Source: Lachnospiraceae bacterium (GTDB lineage: Bacteria > Bacillota > Clostridia > Lachnospirales > Lachnospiraceae). From it: a stretch of DNA of 64,000 nt. Below the pieces are notes generated by a model. It did no database searches, had not been told where the DNA came from, and was given only the letters and a program-made list of their open reading frames with translations. How positions within the stretch are numbered: the stretch's first letter is position 1; the number at the start of each line of letters is the position of its first letter. Location: NCBI GenBank assembly GCA_018056425.1, contig JAGPFR010000007.1:2907-66906 (forward strand), read 5' to 3'. The translations under genes were made by a program, and so were the position numbers. Of the stretch, positions 28,567-38,292 are shown piece by piece.

Positions 28567-29804
28567 GTATCTCCATCCTCCAATGCAATATTCTCAAATC
28601 CGTCAATCGAATATATATCTATTGCTTTCCACTTCGTATCGCAATAATTATAATCCGGATACAATGCGATCTTCTTACAATTTGCAGTTCTTACAACATC
28701 GCACAATCCGCTTCTGATTCCGATAAAAGTTCCGGCTTTCTCCAGCACCGATATCATCTCCGGAAGAGGCACATCAAGTGCTTCCGTTCCTTCAAGCCGC
28801 GCTTCATCACCAACGACATTCGTAAAGCACTTGAAACCTTCACCAGAATAGTAACTTACCGCATCTTTCCAGATACCTGCATCTATCGCAGTAACTGATT
28901 TTGCATATGGTGAAAAAATTACCGACTTTCCTTCCTCAATGCGATCCGGATACTTATATTCTTTCCTGCCATACTTAGGGATCTCCGGAACTGTACCGAC
29001 CGGAAGCCCAAAGACACCGCAACAATATATCTGTTCAAGTGGAATCTTCTTAATATATAGAGCTCTGTGAAGATTGATCACATACGGCCTGTCCTGATGA
29101 GCTATATATGAATCCCTGTCCTGAGTATATATAGCAGCCTGAATCATTGCATCTAGCTCTTTCTGCTCATATACTTCAACCGGATAATCACCGAACATAT
29201 GTATAATATCCGCCAGAACTCTTCCGGATACACAGAAGACCGGATTATCTATCTCCCGCATCTTCGCAAAAGAATTCCAATAGGACATCATTATATAAAT
29301 ATCGCCAAGTGCATTGAACGGGCAGAATACTTTAAAGACATGTCCGTGCTTTTGGATCAATTCACCGATCAGGTCCTCCCCATGCTTTTCTCTTGCAGTC
29401 ATCCTCTTAATCGTATCTTCCGATAAAGAATATTCTGCATAGGTATTGTAATCGATGAGTTTACGTATAGGTCCGTTATATCCCAGTTCACGAAACTGCT
29501 TTTGCATGGAAGCATAAAATCTGGATGTGATCAGAACGATGGAATCATTCTCAGGATCAGTTCCTGCCAAAGCAATAATCTTATCAGGCGCAACAACCTC
29601 AGCTCCCTTATATACCAATCCCTGCTTTTCAGAACTATTGTCAAGAATTGCTGTAACAGACAAGCCCTTATCTTCCAGAAGATCTGTCAGCTCCAGGGTT
29701 GCTACACAGTGACCGAAAAGAAAGATCTTTCTGTCAGAAAGACCGGTCTCTTCAATAATAATTCTTAAATTGTTTTCCATTTCGGAAAATAATTTCTTAT
29801 CCAC
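28533..29804 (-). CDS. Rossmann-like module plus GT9-like glycosyltransferase, paralogue 2
   Basis: N-terminal IFLFG...AILDN...; then PFNALGDIY, VIFSPYA, IGIRSGLCDVV. Confidence 0.65.
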   Translation of the reverse strand: MDKKLFSEMENNLRIIIEETGLSDRKIFLFGHCVATLELTDLLEDKGLSVTAILDNSSEKQGLVYKGAEVVAPDKIIALAGTDPENDSIVLITSRFYASMQKQFRELGYNGPIRKLIDYNTYAEYSLSEDTIKRMTAREKHGEDLIGELIQKHGHVFKVFCPFNALGDIYIMMSYWNSFAKMREIDNPVFCVSGRVLADIIHMFGDYPVEVYEQKELDAMIQAAIYTQDRDSYIAHQDRPYVINLHRALYIKKIPLEQIYCCGVFGLPVGTVPEIPKYGRKEYKYPDRIEEGKSVIFSPYAKSVTAIDAGIWKDAVSYYSGEGFKCFTNVVGDEARLEGTEALDVPLPEMISVLEKAGTFIGIRSGLCDVVRTANCKKIALYPDYNYCDTKWKAIDIYSIDGFENIALEDGDTWEKIRKRIQW

Positions 29805-29990
29805 TTACTGCTCAGCATCCTTATTATATTCGAGAGCATCTATCAACTCTTCCCTAGTCAGCAATCCTGTTTTTACATAATTAAGAAGACCGGGATACAG
29901 CGGATTATCTTCAAGCACGCAAATATCGTCCGTATATTCATACAGGCGATAATATTTCATATAATTTGAATTAGTATTACATATCTCCAT
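29805..29990 (-). pseudogene. Short ORF, probably a chimeric remnant at the edge of the AT-rich block
   Basis: AT-rich 5' codons switch at ~29950 to host-like composition; 3' part reads like a protein C-terminus and abuts the next GTG start. Confidence 0.45.
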
Positions 29991-30014
29991 AAGCTTCAAA
30001 AAAGTATCTCTTTG

Positions 30015-31121
30015 TTACAAAACACAGCATTTCAGAAAATCCGGTAATTTAAAAGTATCATTTTCACAAGCAGGCGAAAAATACTTTTCAATATATTTAT
30101 GTTTCTTTTGACAAACAAACTCTTTGTCTGAATTCATAAAATCTATGGATGTAGCCTCAAAAGAAGAACTGATTTTTACTCCAATCGAAGTAGAAAATGG
30201 TAAAATCAATAAATCTTCATCAACATTTATTGCACCAAATGTAGTTATTTTTCCAAATGAGCAATCTTGTTTAGGAATTATAATACCTGATTTTTCAAAT
30301 ACTTTTTTTTCATCATTTGAAATATATATTTCATTATCGTAAGATGGCAACAATATAGTTTTATCCCTAAAGGCAATTAGTTTATTTGCAGGCCTTTGAT
30401 TACTTGAATAATTTTCAGAATTTCTATAGCCTTCTATTATCCACTCAGTTACATTTTCATCTTTATCATTCCATAAATAGATACTGTCGCCACCAGAGGG
30501 AATGATCCATATTTTGTTATTAGTATTAATCACACCAAATATTTTATCAATTCCCACATGCTTAAATTCAGCCTGATCATCACTAAAATCATATATACAA
30601 ATAATATCAGTATTAACTATTCCAAATATTAATTTATTATTATCATACATCGAAGCTCTTGTTAACAGATAATCGTTTGCCTTTAGTCCAGCGAATTCAA
30701 TGCAACGTCTAGCTAAACAATCAGATGATTTATATTCCATTGTATCCATATTTACTTGCATCACACTTTGATCTGCAAAAAGTGGAAAAACCATCAACTC
30801 ATTCCCATTAACCAATCCTCCCGCAGCATACTCTTTTCCGCATCGATTTATTGGAATCGATGCTTCAAATTTATTGTCCACTAAATTATATACAGAAATA
30901 TTATCTGCATTAGCAGGCAAGAAAAATAGTTTGTCTTTATATTCGATTACTTGTTTATGCAACGCTACCCCGAACTCGTCTTCCAAGGGAAACATGCCCA
31001 TTGATTTTATATTATATGTATGTGAGTCCATCACAAATAAACTATTGTATGTATTATTTGAGAACCAAATGTTTCCGCATATACTAGCTGCATCATACAT
31101 CGATATATTTTCGTTAATCAT
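30015..31121 (-). CDS. Hypothetical protein, beta-propeller-like, glycan island
   Basis: 368-aa AT-rich ORF with repeated beta-strand units (KLFFLP, LMVFP, IWIIP, ILLP, LILP). Confidence 0.75.
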   Translation of the reverse strand: MINENISMYDAASICGNIWFSNNTYNSLFVMDSHTYNIKSMGMFPLEDEFGVALHKQVIEYKDKLFFLPANADNISVYNLVDNKFEASIPINRCGKEYAAGGLVNGNELMVFPLFADQSVMQVNMDTMEYKSSDCLARRCIEFAGLKANDYLLTRASMYDNNKLIFGIVNTDIICIYDFSDDQAEFKHVGIDKIFGVINTNNKIWIIPSGGDSIYLWNDKDENVTEWIIEGYRNSENYSSNQRPANKLIAFRDKTILLPSYDNEIYISNDEKKVFEKSGIIIPKQDCSFGKITTFGAINVDEDLLILPFSTSIGVKISSSFEATSIDFMNSDKEFVCQKKHKYIEKYFSPACENDTFKLPDFLKCCVL

Positions 31122-31154
31122 TTTTTCTCCTTTAAACCAGATATCACTTCATTG

Positions 31155-34100
31155 TTATTTCGCTTCTATTTCTTTAATCCAATTATATATATGTTCAAAT
31201 CGTGTAATCCCCATATCTAATAAGGAGTTTGAAATTGATATGGATGCTGCCGCATTTTCAACCATAATCAGCACAAACGGATTATTTAATTTCAACAAAT
31301 CAGCAGGTGATATGCAGATTATATTTTCTGTCAACTTTGTCCCCCATAATGCAGGATTGTTATCGCATACATATTTAATATCACTATATTCATTTATATA
31401 ATTCAAATTTTTTCTAAAGCAAAAACCGGCTCCCCATCCTACAACCATTTCTGTTTGTTCCTTTCCAGAAGCATTTAATTTCACTGTACGATTGTTGAAA
31501 CCATTAAAGAATAATTCCGATTTAATCTCCTTAATAATTCTTTCATCATGTTCAAATTTCTTCCTTAACTCATTTTGAGTTTTTAAGAAATAATCATATG
31601 AATTAGGAGCCTTAAATCCATCCCTCCCTCTTTCCAGAGATGTCTTCAACCATTCATGACTAGTTTTTTTTAGCTCCAAGAGTTTTCTGTTTACTATAGT
31701 GTAATCAATGTCTTCCATGCAATCAATTTTACAGCCTTCAAGGAGTAACCTGCTTTCAAGTCCAAGCATTTCTAAAAAATCTTTGAATCTTCCTACACCT
31801 CTCCAATTGTCTTTTTCATATACAATTGTAAACGGTTTATTGTATATTAATGCAAAACACATGCCATGAAACGAGTCAGTGATGATATAGTCAGAATTCT
31901 TTACCATTGCAATCCATTCCTCCACGCATGGCTCAACAGTATAATACAATAACTCACTATTTACTTCACTATAAGGTGGTTCAGTAACAACTACGTATTT
32001 TCCATCGCATATTTTGTCTGAAGTATCTTTTAGGATAGTTTCCTTTCTGGTGTCCGGGTCCAAATAATACCCAAATACATATTTGTCATTTGGTATTCTC
32101 AGTCTGCCTCTTTCTGCAAGCTCATCAAAACGACTTCTGTCGCACAAAAAAACCGGGTCTAATACGACAGTCGACAAAATCCCCCATTCATCAAGAGCTT
32201 TTTTTGCAAAAGGCTCCCGTACAGACACATAGTCAAATCGCATCAAAAATTCCCGTACCACCGATATAAAATCACTATCTTCAGAATCAAATTCGATCCC
32301 CATTGATGTTCCGTATGAAATTTTCTTTTTTTCAGGCATAACCCAATTTAATGTTGTAAAGAAATCTGTTGTCTTGATAAATTGACTACGCCATAGTTGA
32401 TCTGAAGCCAATACATATTGGTCACAGTTATTTTTTTCATATAACTCCCAAAATGCATTAGCTTTATATATAGATGAAGGCTCATACGGGTTTTTCAAAA
32501 AGTAAAACAACGGTCCTTTTTCATTATAAAATGATGATTCTTGTACATATGAAGGCATATCTATCATAAGAGGCATATATCCCATGCTGGAGATAACCTC
32601 ATAAAGAGCATAGTTGGTCAGATTATTTCCAATATTATAGTTCATCATACATACAATTCCCACATCATATGTATCGCTCATAGTTCTTCGTACCGAAGTG
32701 GAAAAAGTATTTCTACGTATGAGTCTGTCAAAATATTCTTTATTATGATGATTAGCTCTTGCATCTGTTCCATATCGGTTGCCCTTATTTTCCGCCCATT
32801 CTACAGGAACGTTTTCTATCCGAGCAAAATCATTTTTTATCTCTTCAAATAATTTATTGCCTTTTAATGAATTAACTGAAATAAGGCTTGTCCCTTTTCC
32901 ATCGTTCCACGTAGGATCATGTAATTGTATACCCCAAAAATCCCCAAGAGTGAAATCGCCAATCCTTGGAATTTGGAATCTGTTACATTTTTCGCAAACT
33001 TTATTTCTAAATATCACCCCATGAAAAGCTCTCTGATACTCATCATCCCCATTAGGATAATGCTCAGACCCATCATTTGAGTATATCCCATATCCGGTAG
33101 GAGACCAGCCTTCACCGGCTTTTTTGTCCCGAAATACAATATCTCTTATATTAGATACGTCATAATTCTCAGCTAGATATTTATGAAATAATTTGTTGGA
33201 GGGAATCCCAAAGCATACCAGATCAATAGTCCATAGTAAATCACTATTGCATAAATTCCCTAAATACGAGTACAGGCCTTCAACTTGACAAGGAAGTCCA
33301 ACAAATAATACCTTCTTTCCAAGTAAAATTTTGTCGCGAACGTGTTTGAATATGCCTACTGTACTACTCTGCACATACTTGGAATGCATAAAATCATTCA
33401 ATTCGTTCTCTTTTTCAGCGCATGAAAAAACAACGTTAAATTCTTCATCCCATCTTGCTCCAAATACACACCCGCCATCTTTTATAAAATGTGATGCAAT
33501 TACAAAAAATGCTCCACCAGAAGAGGAGTTTTCTCTAATATCATTCGATGCCCATGCAGCATACAGGCAAGGAGTCTCCATTCTTGGAATGTTTGATTCT
33601 ATTAACTGAGGACATTTATTTATACAAGCATTACATCCAATACATTTTTTTGTATCACATATTGGTTTGAAAAAGCCTTCATCATCATAATCAAATGATA
33701 ACGCGTCCTTAGGGCATGCATTAACGCAAGCCCCACAGCCTGTACAATCTTTTATTTTGCATAAGCTTTTAGGTGTTATTTTTTCAAAGCATCCGATTAT
33801 TGTCCATTCACTTAAAGTGTCATCGTTACCAGTGAGCACAAATCCCTTCTTCTTCATATACGAAATCACTTCATTAGTGGTCAGTAATGATTCTGTATAT
33901 TTTTCCTTTCCTTTATAAGAGATGATGCATTTGGACGTATTAGCGCATATTTGATCCAAAAACCAATACGGATCATCTATATATCCAAGTATTCCTGCAG
34001 CAACAATAGCATCGGCATATATCTGGGGGAATTCTGATTTATTAAAATCACATACTATTGTCTGTTCCGATGTTTTTTTATAATCAACAGGTATATACTT

Positions 34101-34277
34101 AACCCCCGGCATCAAAAGCCCCTTCAGTCTCATGCTTCCAGCGCCAAGATCCATCACTACATGATCATTCGGACTAAGAAAACCAGCCATGGATACTGTT
34201 CTTTTTCTCCACTCAACTCTTTCATATCCTAGTTTATTTTCTAAATCACCACGCCATTTTGCCGCTTTCACACCCAT
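31155..34277 (-). CDS. Multidomain protein: methyltransferase-like, 2x[4Fe-4S]/FrhB-like, polysaccharide pyruvyltransferase, Rossmann-like module
   Basis: VMDLGAG; CTGCGACVNACP and CIGCNACINKCP; SSSGGAF, GLPCQ, GDFTLGDFWG; GNNLTNYAL, SDQLWR, SVRE, TDSFHG. Confidence 0.88.
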   Translation of the reverse strand: MGVKAAKWRGDLENKLGYERVEWRKRTVSMAGFLSPNDHVVMDLGAGSMRLKGLLMPGVKYIPVDYKKTSEQTIVCDFNKSEFPQIYADAIVAAGILGYIDDPYWFLDQICANTSKCIISYKGKEKYTESLLTTNEVISYMKKKGFVLTGNDDTLSEWTIIGCFEKITPKSLCKIKDCTGCGACVNACPKDALSFDYDDEGFFKPICDTKKCIGCNACINKCPQLIESNIPRMETPCLYAAWASNDIRENSSSGGAFFVIASHFIKDGGCVFGARWDEEFNVVFSCAEKENELNDFMHSKYVQSSTVGIFKHVRDKILLGKKVLFVGLPCQVEGLYSYLGNLCNSDLLWTIDLVCFGIPSNKLFHKYLAENYDVSNIRDIVFRDKKAGEGWSPTGYGIYSNDGSEHYPNGDDEYQRAFHGVIFRNKVCEKCNRFQIPRIGDFTLGDFWGIQLHDPTWNDGKGTSLISVNSLKGNKLFEEIKNDFARIENVPVEWAENKGNRYGTDARANHHNKEYFDRLIRRNTFSTSVRRTMSDTYDVGIVCMMNYNIGNNLTNYALYEVISSMGYMPLMIDMPSYVQESSFYNEKGPLFYFLKNPYEPSSIYKANAFWELYEKNNCDQYVLASDQLWRSQFIKTTDFFTTLNWVMPEKKKISYGTSMGIEFDSEDSDFISVVREFLMRFDYVSVREPFAKKALDEWGILSTVVLDPVFLCDRSRFDELAERGRLRIPNDKYVFGYYLDPDTRKETILKDTSDKICDGKYVVVTEPPYSEVNSELLYYTVEPCVEEWIAMVKNSDYIITDSFHGMCFALIYNKPFTIVYEKDNWRGVGRFKDFLEMLGLESRLLLEGCKIDCMEDIDYTIVNRKLLELKKTSHEWLKTSLERGRDGFKAPNSYDYFLKTQNELRKKFEHDERIIKEIKSELFFNGFNNRTVKLNASGKEQTEMVVGWGAGFCFRKNLNYINEYSDIKYVCDNNPALWGTKLTENIICISPADLLKLNNPFVLIMVENAAASISISNSLLDMGITRFEHIYNWIKEIEAK

Positions 34278-34579
34278 GATTCGACCTCTTGATAAATTTT
34301 AGAGCCCTTTTGCTTCCGCATGATTTCAATTGAATAAAACAATAACCTATATCAAACAATCTATTATCCTAAATTCCGACTATTACAAATCATTTCTGAC
34401 CCAGTTTTACCTTCCATTCTCAGAAAGTATGAAATTCATATCACCGAGAAATCCTAAGATGTGTGATACTTCGGGTAAAACTTTAATATGAATTTATGAA
34501 TATAGTAACATGTCAATATCTCAATGCACATGTAACTTGAACAATACAATTCTCTGATTCATTCAATCAAATATCCGCA

Positions 34580-35845
34580 TCACCATATTTTTGAATAATT
34601 TGGAATGCCATAAATATTTTGTTCGGATACCCCCATCTCGATTAATTGTTTAAAAATAGCATCATAAAATCTCACATCGATTATCACTGCAGTTCTTAAA
34701 ACATCATTTTCAAGAAGTGTCTGGGGGGATGTGACCATCAAACCATTTATTGGCCCTCCCCATTTGTTTTCTGCGTTATCCAATATCGCATTAGTTTCAA
34801 TGCAATTCTCTCTTAATTTATCTATCAAAAAAGATGTGAAATTTCCAAAACCAAATATATAGACCGAGTCCATATTTCTCAAATTGTCAGAGATTCTTTT
34901 AACCGCATTTATAATCTCGTTATTAATATGATTTATTCTTTTTTCACGGAATTCCTCAGCTTCGACAATATTTGTTACCTCTAAACTAAAGGGAGCTGCC
35001 TTTGCTAACGCAAATCCTCCTTCGATATCGTCAATTCCAATATCAATTTTAACAACGTCACTAGCAATGTCTATTTCTCCAAGTGTATTACACCCGAAAA
35101 CATTCTGAATGATTGGAAACTTCAATTTTCCCGCTTTCCATCTATATACTCCAGAAGTGATTGGGTTCATAATAAAATCATCCGAATAGTGAAGGAATAA
35201 CAGATTCTCTATATAAAACGTTTCTATTTTTACTGATTTTTCCTCAGATTTAATATATGTAAAATACTCGTCAATATTCTTAGGGTGATTCCAATTTGAA
35301 AAAAATTTACTGCCATTTACATATCCTGAGTGTTTTCGCATAATCGATACCCAGTCAACCATACCATTAGTGTATGTTATGCCAAATGACCAATGAATGG
35401 AATTTGATCTGCTTCTCCACATATCCAGTGAAAATAAATCTATCTCATTTGTTTCCGCATACTTTTCAACCCTTCTGAGTGCTTCGAACAATCTATCTGA
35501 ATCAAGCCCAAACATCGTATCATCAGCATCTATATTCCAATATCGTTCAAAGCCATTTTGTCTAGCATGTATGAATGGAGTCAAATGAGCATACCCAGCA
35601 TTGTACCACCTTGGTATTGCCACTGATTCCATCAATTCTCTATCCTCTTCTCTTTTAATACTTTTTATATACTCACAAACTACTGAATCAAATCTGATTT
35701 CATTCTTTATCCTTTCTATCAAGGCCTCATTATCACAAAGTATATACACTATAGACCCTTCATACTTTTTAAGCATGTTTATCCATGACTGAAGATTTCT
35801 TATAGAATAATCGATGCATCTATTTAACTTCAAATAAAAAACCAT
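34580..35845 (-). CDS. Putative GT-A-type glycosyltransferase with C-terminal Rossmann-like module
   Basis: YWNIDADD (DxD); C-terminal VYIFGFG...AILDN...KWG. Confidence 0.55.
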   Translation of the reverse strand: MVFYLKLNRCIDYSIRNLQSWINMLKKYEGSIVYILCDNEALIERIKNEIRFDSVVCEYIKSIKREEDRELMESVAIPRWYNAGYAHLTPFIHARQNGFERYWNIDADDTMFGLDSDRLFEALRRVEKYAETNEIDLFSLDMWRSRSNSIHWSFGITYTNGMVDWVSIMRKHSGYVNGSKFFSNWNHPKNIDEYFTYIKSEEKSVKIETFYIENLLFLHYSDDFIMNPITSGVYRWKAGKLKFPIIQNVFGCNTLGEIDIASDVVKIDIGIDDIEGGFALAKAAPFSLEVTNIVEAEEFREKRINHINNEIINAVKRISDNLRNMDSVYIFGFGNFTSFLIDKLRENCIETNAILDNAENKWGGPINGLMVTSPQTLLENDVLRTAVIIDVRFYDAIFKQLIEMGVSEQNIYGIPNYSKIW

Positions 35846-35859
35846 CTTTACATACCTCT

Positions 35860-37161
35860 CTAAAAATATTTATTCAAATCCGACATCAGCATTTCTTCAG
35901 AAATATACTCAACTTCCTTCACATTTTTGTTTAGTCCCATCTTGTTTAAGCTAAAATATTCATAATCTGATGCAAGATAATTACTTTCATAAATAATCAT
36001 CATTTTGCTGTCAGAACCACTAATCACGTCACACAACCCGCTCCTCACACCTATAAATCCGCCCGCATATTCTAGAACATCAACCGCTTTGTCATATGGA
36101 AATTGAATTATCTTGGTATCCTTAATTGGCTCTTCTTCACCATAGCAGTTAGTGCATACATCATAATCTCTTTCGCTCAGCCATTTTGCAATCCTTTCCC
36201 ATTCATCAAGCTTTATTGCAGACACAAACGAACCCGCATATGGCGCCAATATTATTGTTTTGTCTTTTCTAATTTGTTTTTCTTCGAATAATTTTTCTAC
36301 ATATTCCATATCGGGATTATGTACAGGATGGCAAAACTTTACACCATCATCCAAATCAAAGACATCATATTTAAAATAATCAGAGAACGACATCGTTTTA
36401 TGTCTTTGATAATTTCGATAATAATGTTTAGTCTCCCAACCCCAAAAAAGTAACGGCTTTATATTTATTTTTTTTGTCCCAACAAACTGCCAAGCCAAAA
36501 GCAGATTCTTCATTTCTTCTTCATTAATTATACTTATGTCCTGATATCCAAACAGTTCTGCTACTCTTTTACAGTTGCTTTTTGAAACAACCAGCAGGGG
36601 ATTATTAATTCCATGCTTTTCTATATATGCATGCAAAAAACCGCAAGCCAAATATATATCGCCGGTCCCGGGATATGGAAAGACAAATACAACTGAAGAA
36701 TCACGTTTTTCAATTAATCTGTTGTATATTTCAATTCCTCTATAAACATCTGCTAATTTATTATTGATTATTCCCTCATTTATCTCCCGATTAATGGAAG
36801 GATCAACAACCGGAATTATCAAGATATTTTCATCGCTTAAGCCAAAAGAATGTAATTGTCCTTCCATCTCTCTGGAGTATGTAGGCGAAGAGATAATAAC
36901 CAATAAATCCTCTGAATTGATTTCCTTGACATAGCCTGGATTGTACACTGGTAATCCACTGCACATTCCTCCTATTTTAGTTTTGTTATTATCTATAAAT
37001 CCAGATGGCCGAATCCCTCGGCTTACTAAACTATCAATAACATCATTAGCATATAACGTGCATCCAAAAATGATAATCCTTTTAGTGCTTAGATTATTGT
37101 TAGTTGATGCTTCCTTTATTGCCTCACATATTATATTTCTGTTTTCTTCTGAGGGTAACAA
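35860..37161 (-). CDS. Rossmann-like module plus GT9-like glycosyltransferase, paralogue 3
   Basis: IIIFG...FIDN; PYPGTGDIY, IILAPYA, IGVRSGLCDVI. Confidence 0.65.
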   Translation of the reverse strand: MLPSEENRNIICEAIKEASTNNNLSTKRIIIFGCTLYANDVIDSLVSRGIRPSGFIDNNKTKIGGMCSGLPVYNPGYVKEINSEDLLVIISSPTYSREMEGQLHSFGLSDENILIIPVVDPSINREINEGIINNKLADVYRGIEIYNRLIEKRDSSVVFVFPYPGTGDIYLACGFLHAYIEKHGINNPLLVVSKSNCKRVAELFGYQDISIINEEEMKNLLLAWQFVGTKKINIKPLLFWGWETKHYYRNYQRHKTMSFSDYFKYDVFDLDDGVKFCHPVHNPDMEYVEKLFEEKQIRKDKTIILAPYAGSFVSAIKLDEWERIAKWLSERDYDVCTNCYGEEEPIKDTKIIQFPYDKAVDVLEYAGGFIGVRSGLCDVISGSDSKMMIIYESNYLASDYEYFSLNKMGLNKNVKEVEYISEEMLMSDLNKYF

Positions 37162-37177
37162 CTTGTCTCTCCTTACA

Positions 37178-37621
37178 TCAAATATATGTTCCTTCTACAT
37201 AATCATCCATGGTTATTGAATGCTTTCCCAAAAGGTTTAGATTTCCAAATGGCTCATCAGCAGATACTACTATCATCTGATCATTGATATTTATTAACCG
37301 AAGAAAATATATCAGCGATGTCATTTTTTCGTTATCTAAATATTCATATTCAACAGTGGCTTTGCCATCGCAAATATTCTGAGGAACTCTATAAGTATCA
37401 AGCATAATAATAATTATTCGCTTATAGTATTTTGTTTTGGCAAACCTTTGAACATGTGACAATGCCGCTTTATTTAGTTCATCGTATTCAGTAGGAAAAC
37501 TTACAGCAAAATCATAATATCCCATTTTGTATTTTGCTTTTATAGCCTCCCAAATTTCATATCCTTTTTTTGCAGCTGTTACTTCCCTTTCGATATTCAA
37601 ATTTTCTCCTTTATTCATCAA
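37178..37621 (-). CDS. Hypothetical protein, glycan island
   Basis: 147-aa ORF co-oriented and closely spaced with its neighbours. Confidence 0.7.
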   Translation of the reverse strand: MMNKGENLNIEREVTAAKKGYEIWEAIKAKYKMGYYDFAVSFPTEYDELNKAALSHVQRFAKTKYYKRIIIIMLDTYRVPQNICDGKATVEYEYLDNEKMTSLIYFLRLININDQMIVVSADEPFGNLNLLGKHSITMDDYVEGTYI

Positions 37622-37701
37622 TGATATATTGCTTCTACAATGAGAAATAATTATGTTACTAGAGCATTTTATTGTAGCTCATATACATTACATCTTCTTG
37701 T

Positions 37702-38292
37702 TCACACTAATTTTGCATTCAATCTTGCTCCAATTCCTCCACCCGGATGGTTTACTCTGAAATCATCAAGTGTCACTCCAAGTCTCTTGCCAATCTCAAT
37801 CGCAATTCCCTGAAGAATAATCAAATAAACCGTAGTTGAATTATTGGGGACTATATCCCATTCATCGCCTTCATTGATCAGATGCATAATCAGTTTCTTT
37901 TCAACAACCTTGGATGCTTTACCATCGCCGTAGAAAGACATCAGCCAGGTATTGGTACCTCTCTCATTTAAGTGAACTCCGAGGTCTACCGTTTCGCTTG
38001 TATTTCCGCCCTTGGTCAGGAGTATGACGAGGTCTTTCTTTCCGACCATGCCAAGGTCGCCGTGAACGGCGGTATTTGTATGGAGAAAGCGTGCATCTAT
38101 TCCAAGAGAGTTAAGTGTTCCTACAAACTTTTCACAGATAGGAACATTTTTTCCGAGTCCGCTCGCTATGATCTTTCCGCCGTTTTTAAGTGTTTCTACA
38201 CACTCATCAACAAGCTGCTTATAAATTTCTTCAGGGATTGATTCAACCGAATCAGTAATTGTCTCCAATACTTCCTTGTAATATTCGATCAT
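37702..38292 (-). CDS. SIS-domain sugar-phosphate isomerase (KpsF/GutQ/KdsD-like, no CBS pair)
   Basis: SGLGKN, AVHGDLGMV, KGGNTSE, NHPGGGIG; ATGA overlap with the upstream gene and GGAGG RBS. Confidence 0.88.
   Translation of the reverse strand: MIEYYKEVLETITDSVESIPEEIYKQLVDECVETLKNGGKIIASGLGKNVPICEKFVGTLNSLGIDARFLHTNTAVHGDLGMVGKKDLVILLTKGGNTSETVDLGVHLNERGTNTWLMSFYGDGKASKVVEKKLIMHLINEGDEWDIVPNNSTTVYLIILQGIAIEIGKRLGVTLDDFRVNHPGGGIGARLNAKLV

Noticed and set aside
34278-34579. 300-nt AT-rich gap containing a short open stretch (IHIKVLPEV...ENGR*)
   Set aside because: No start or RBS and no recognisable homology; cannot be distinguished from intergenic DNA.
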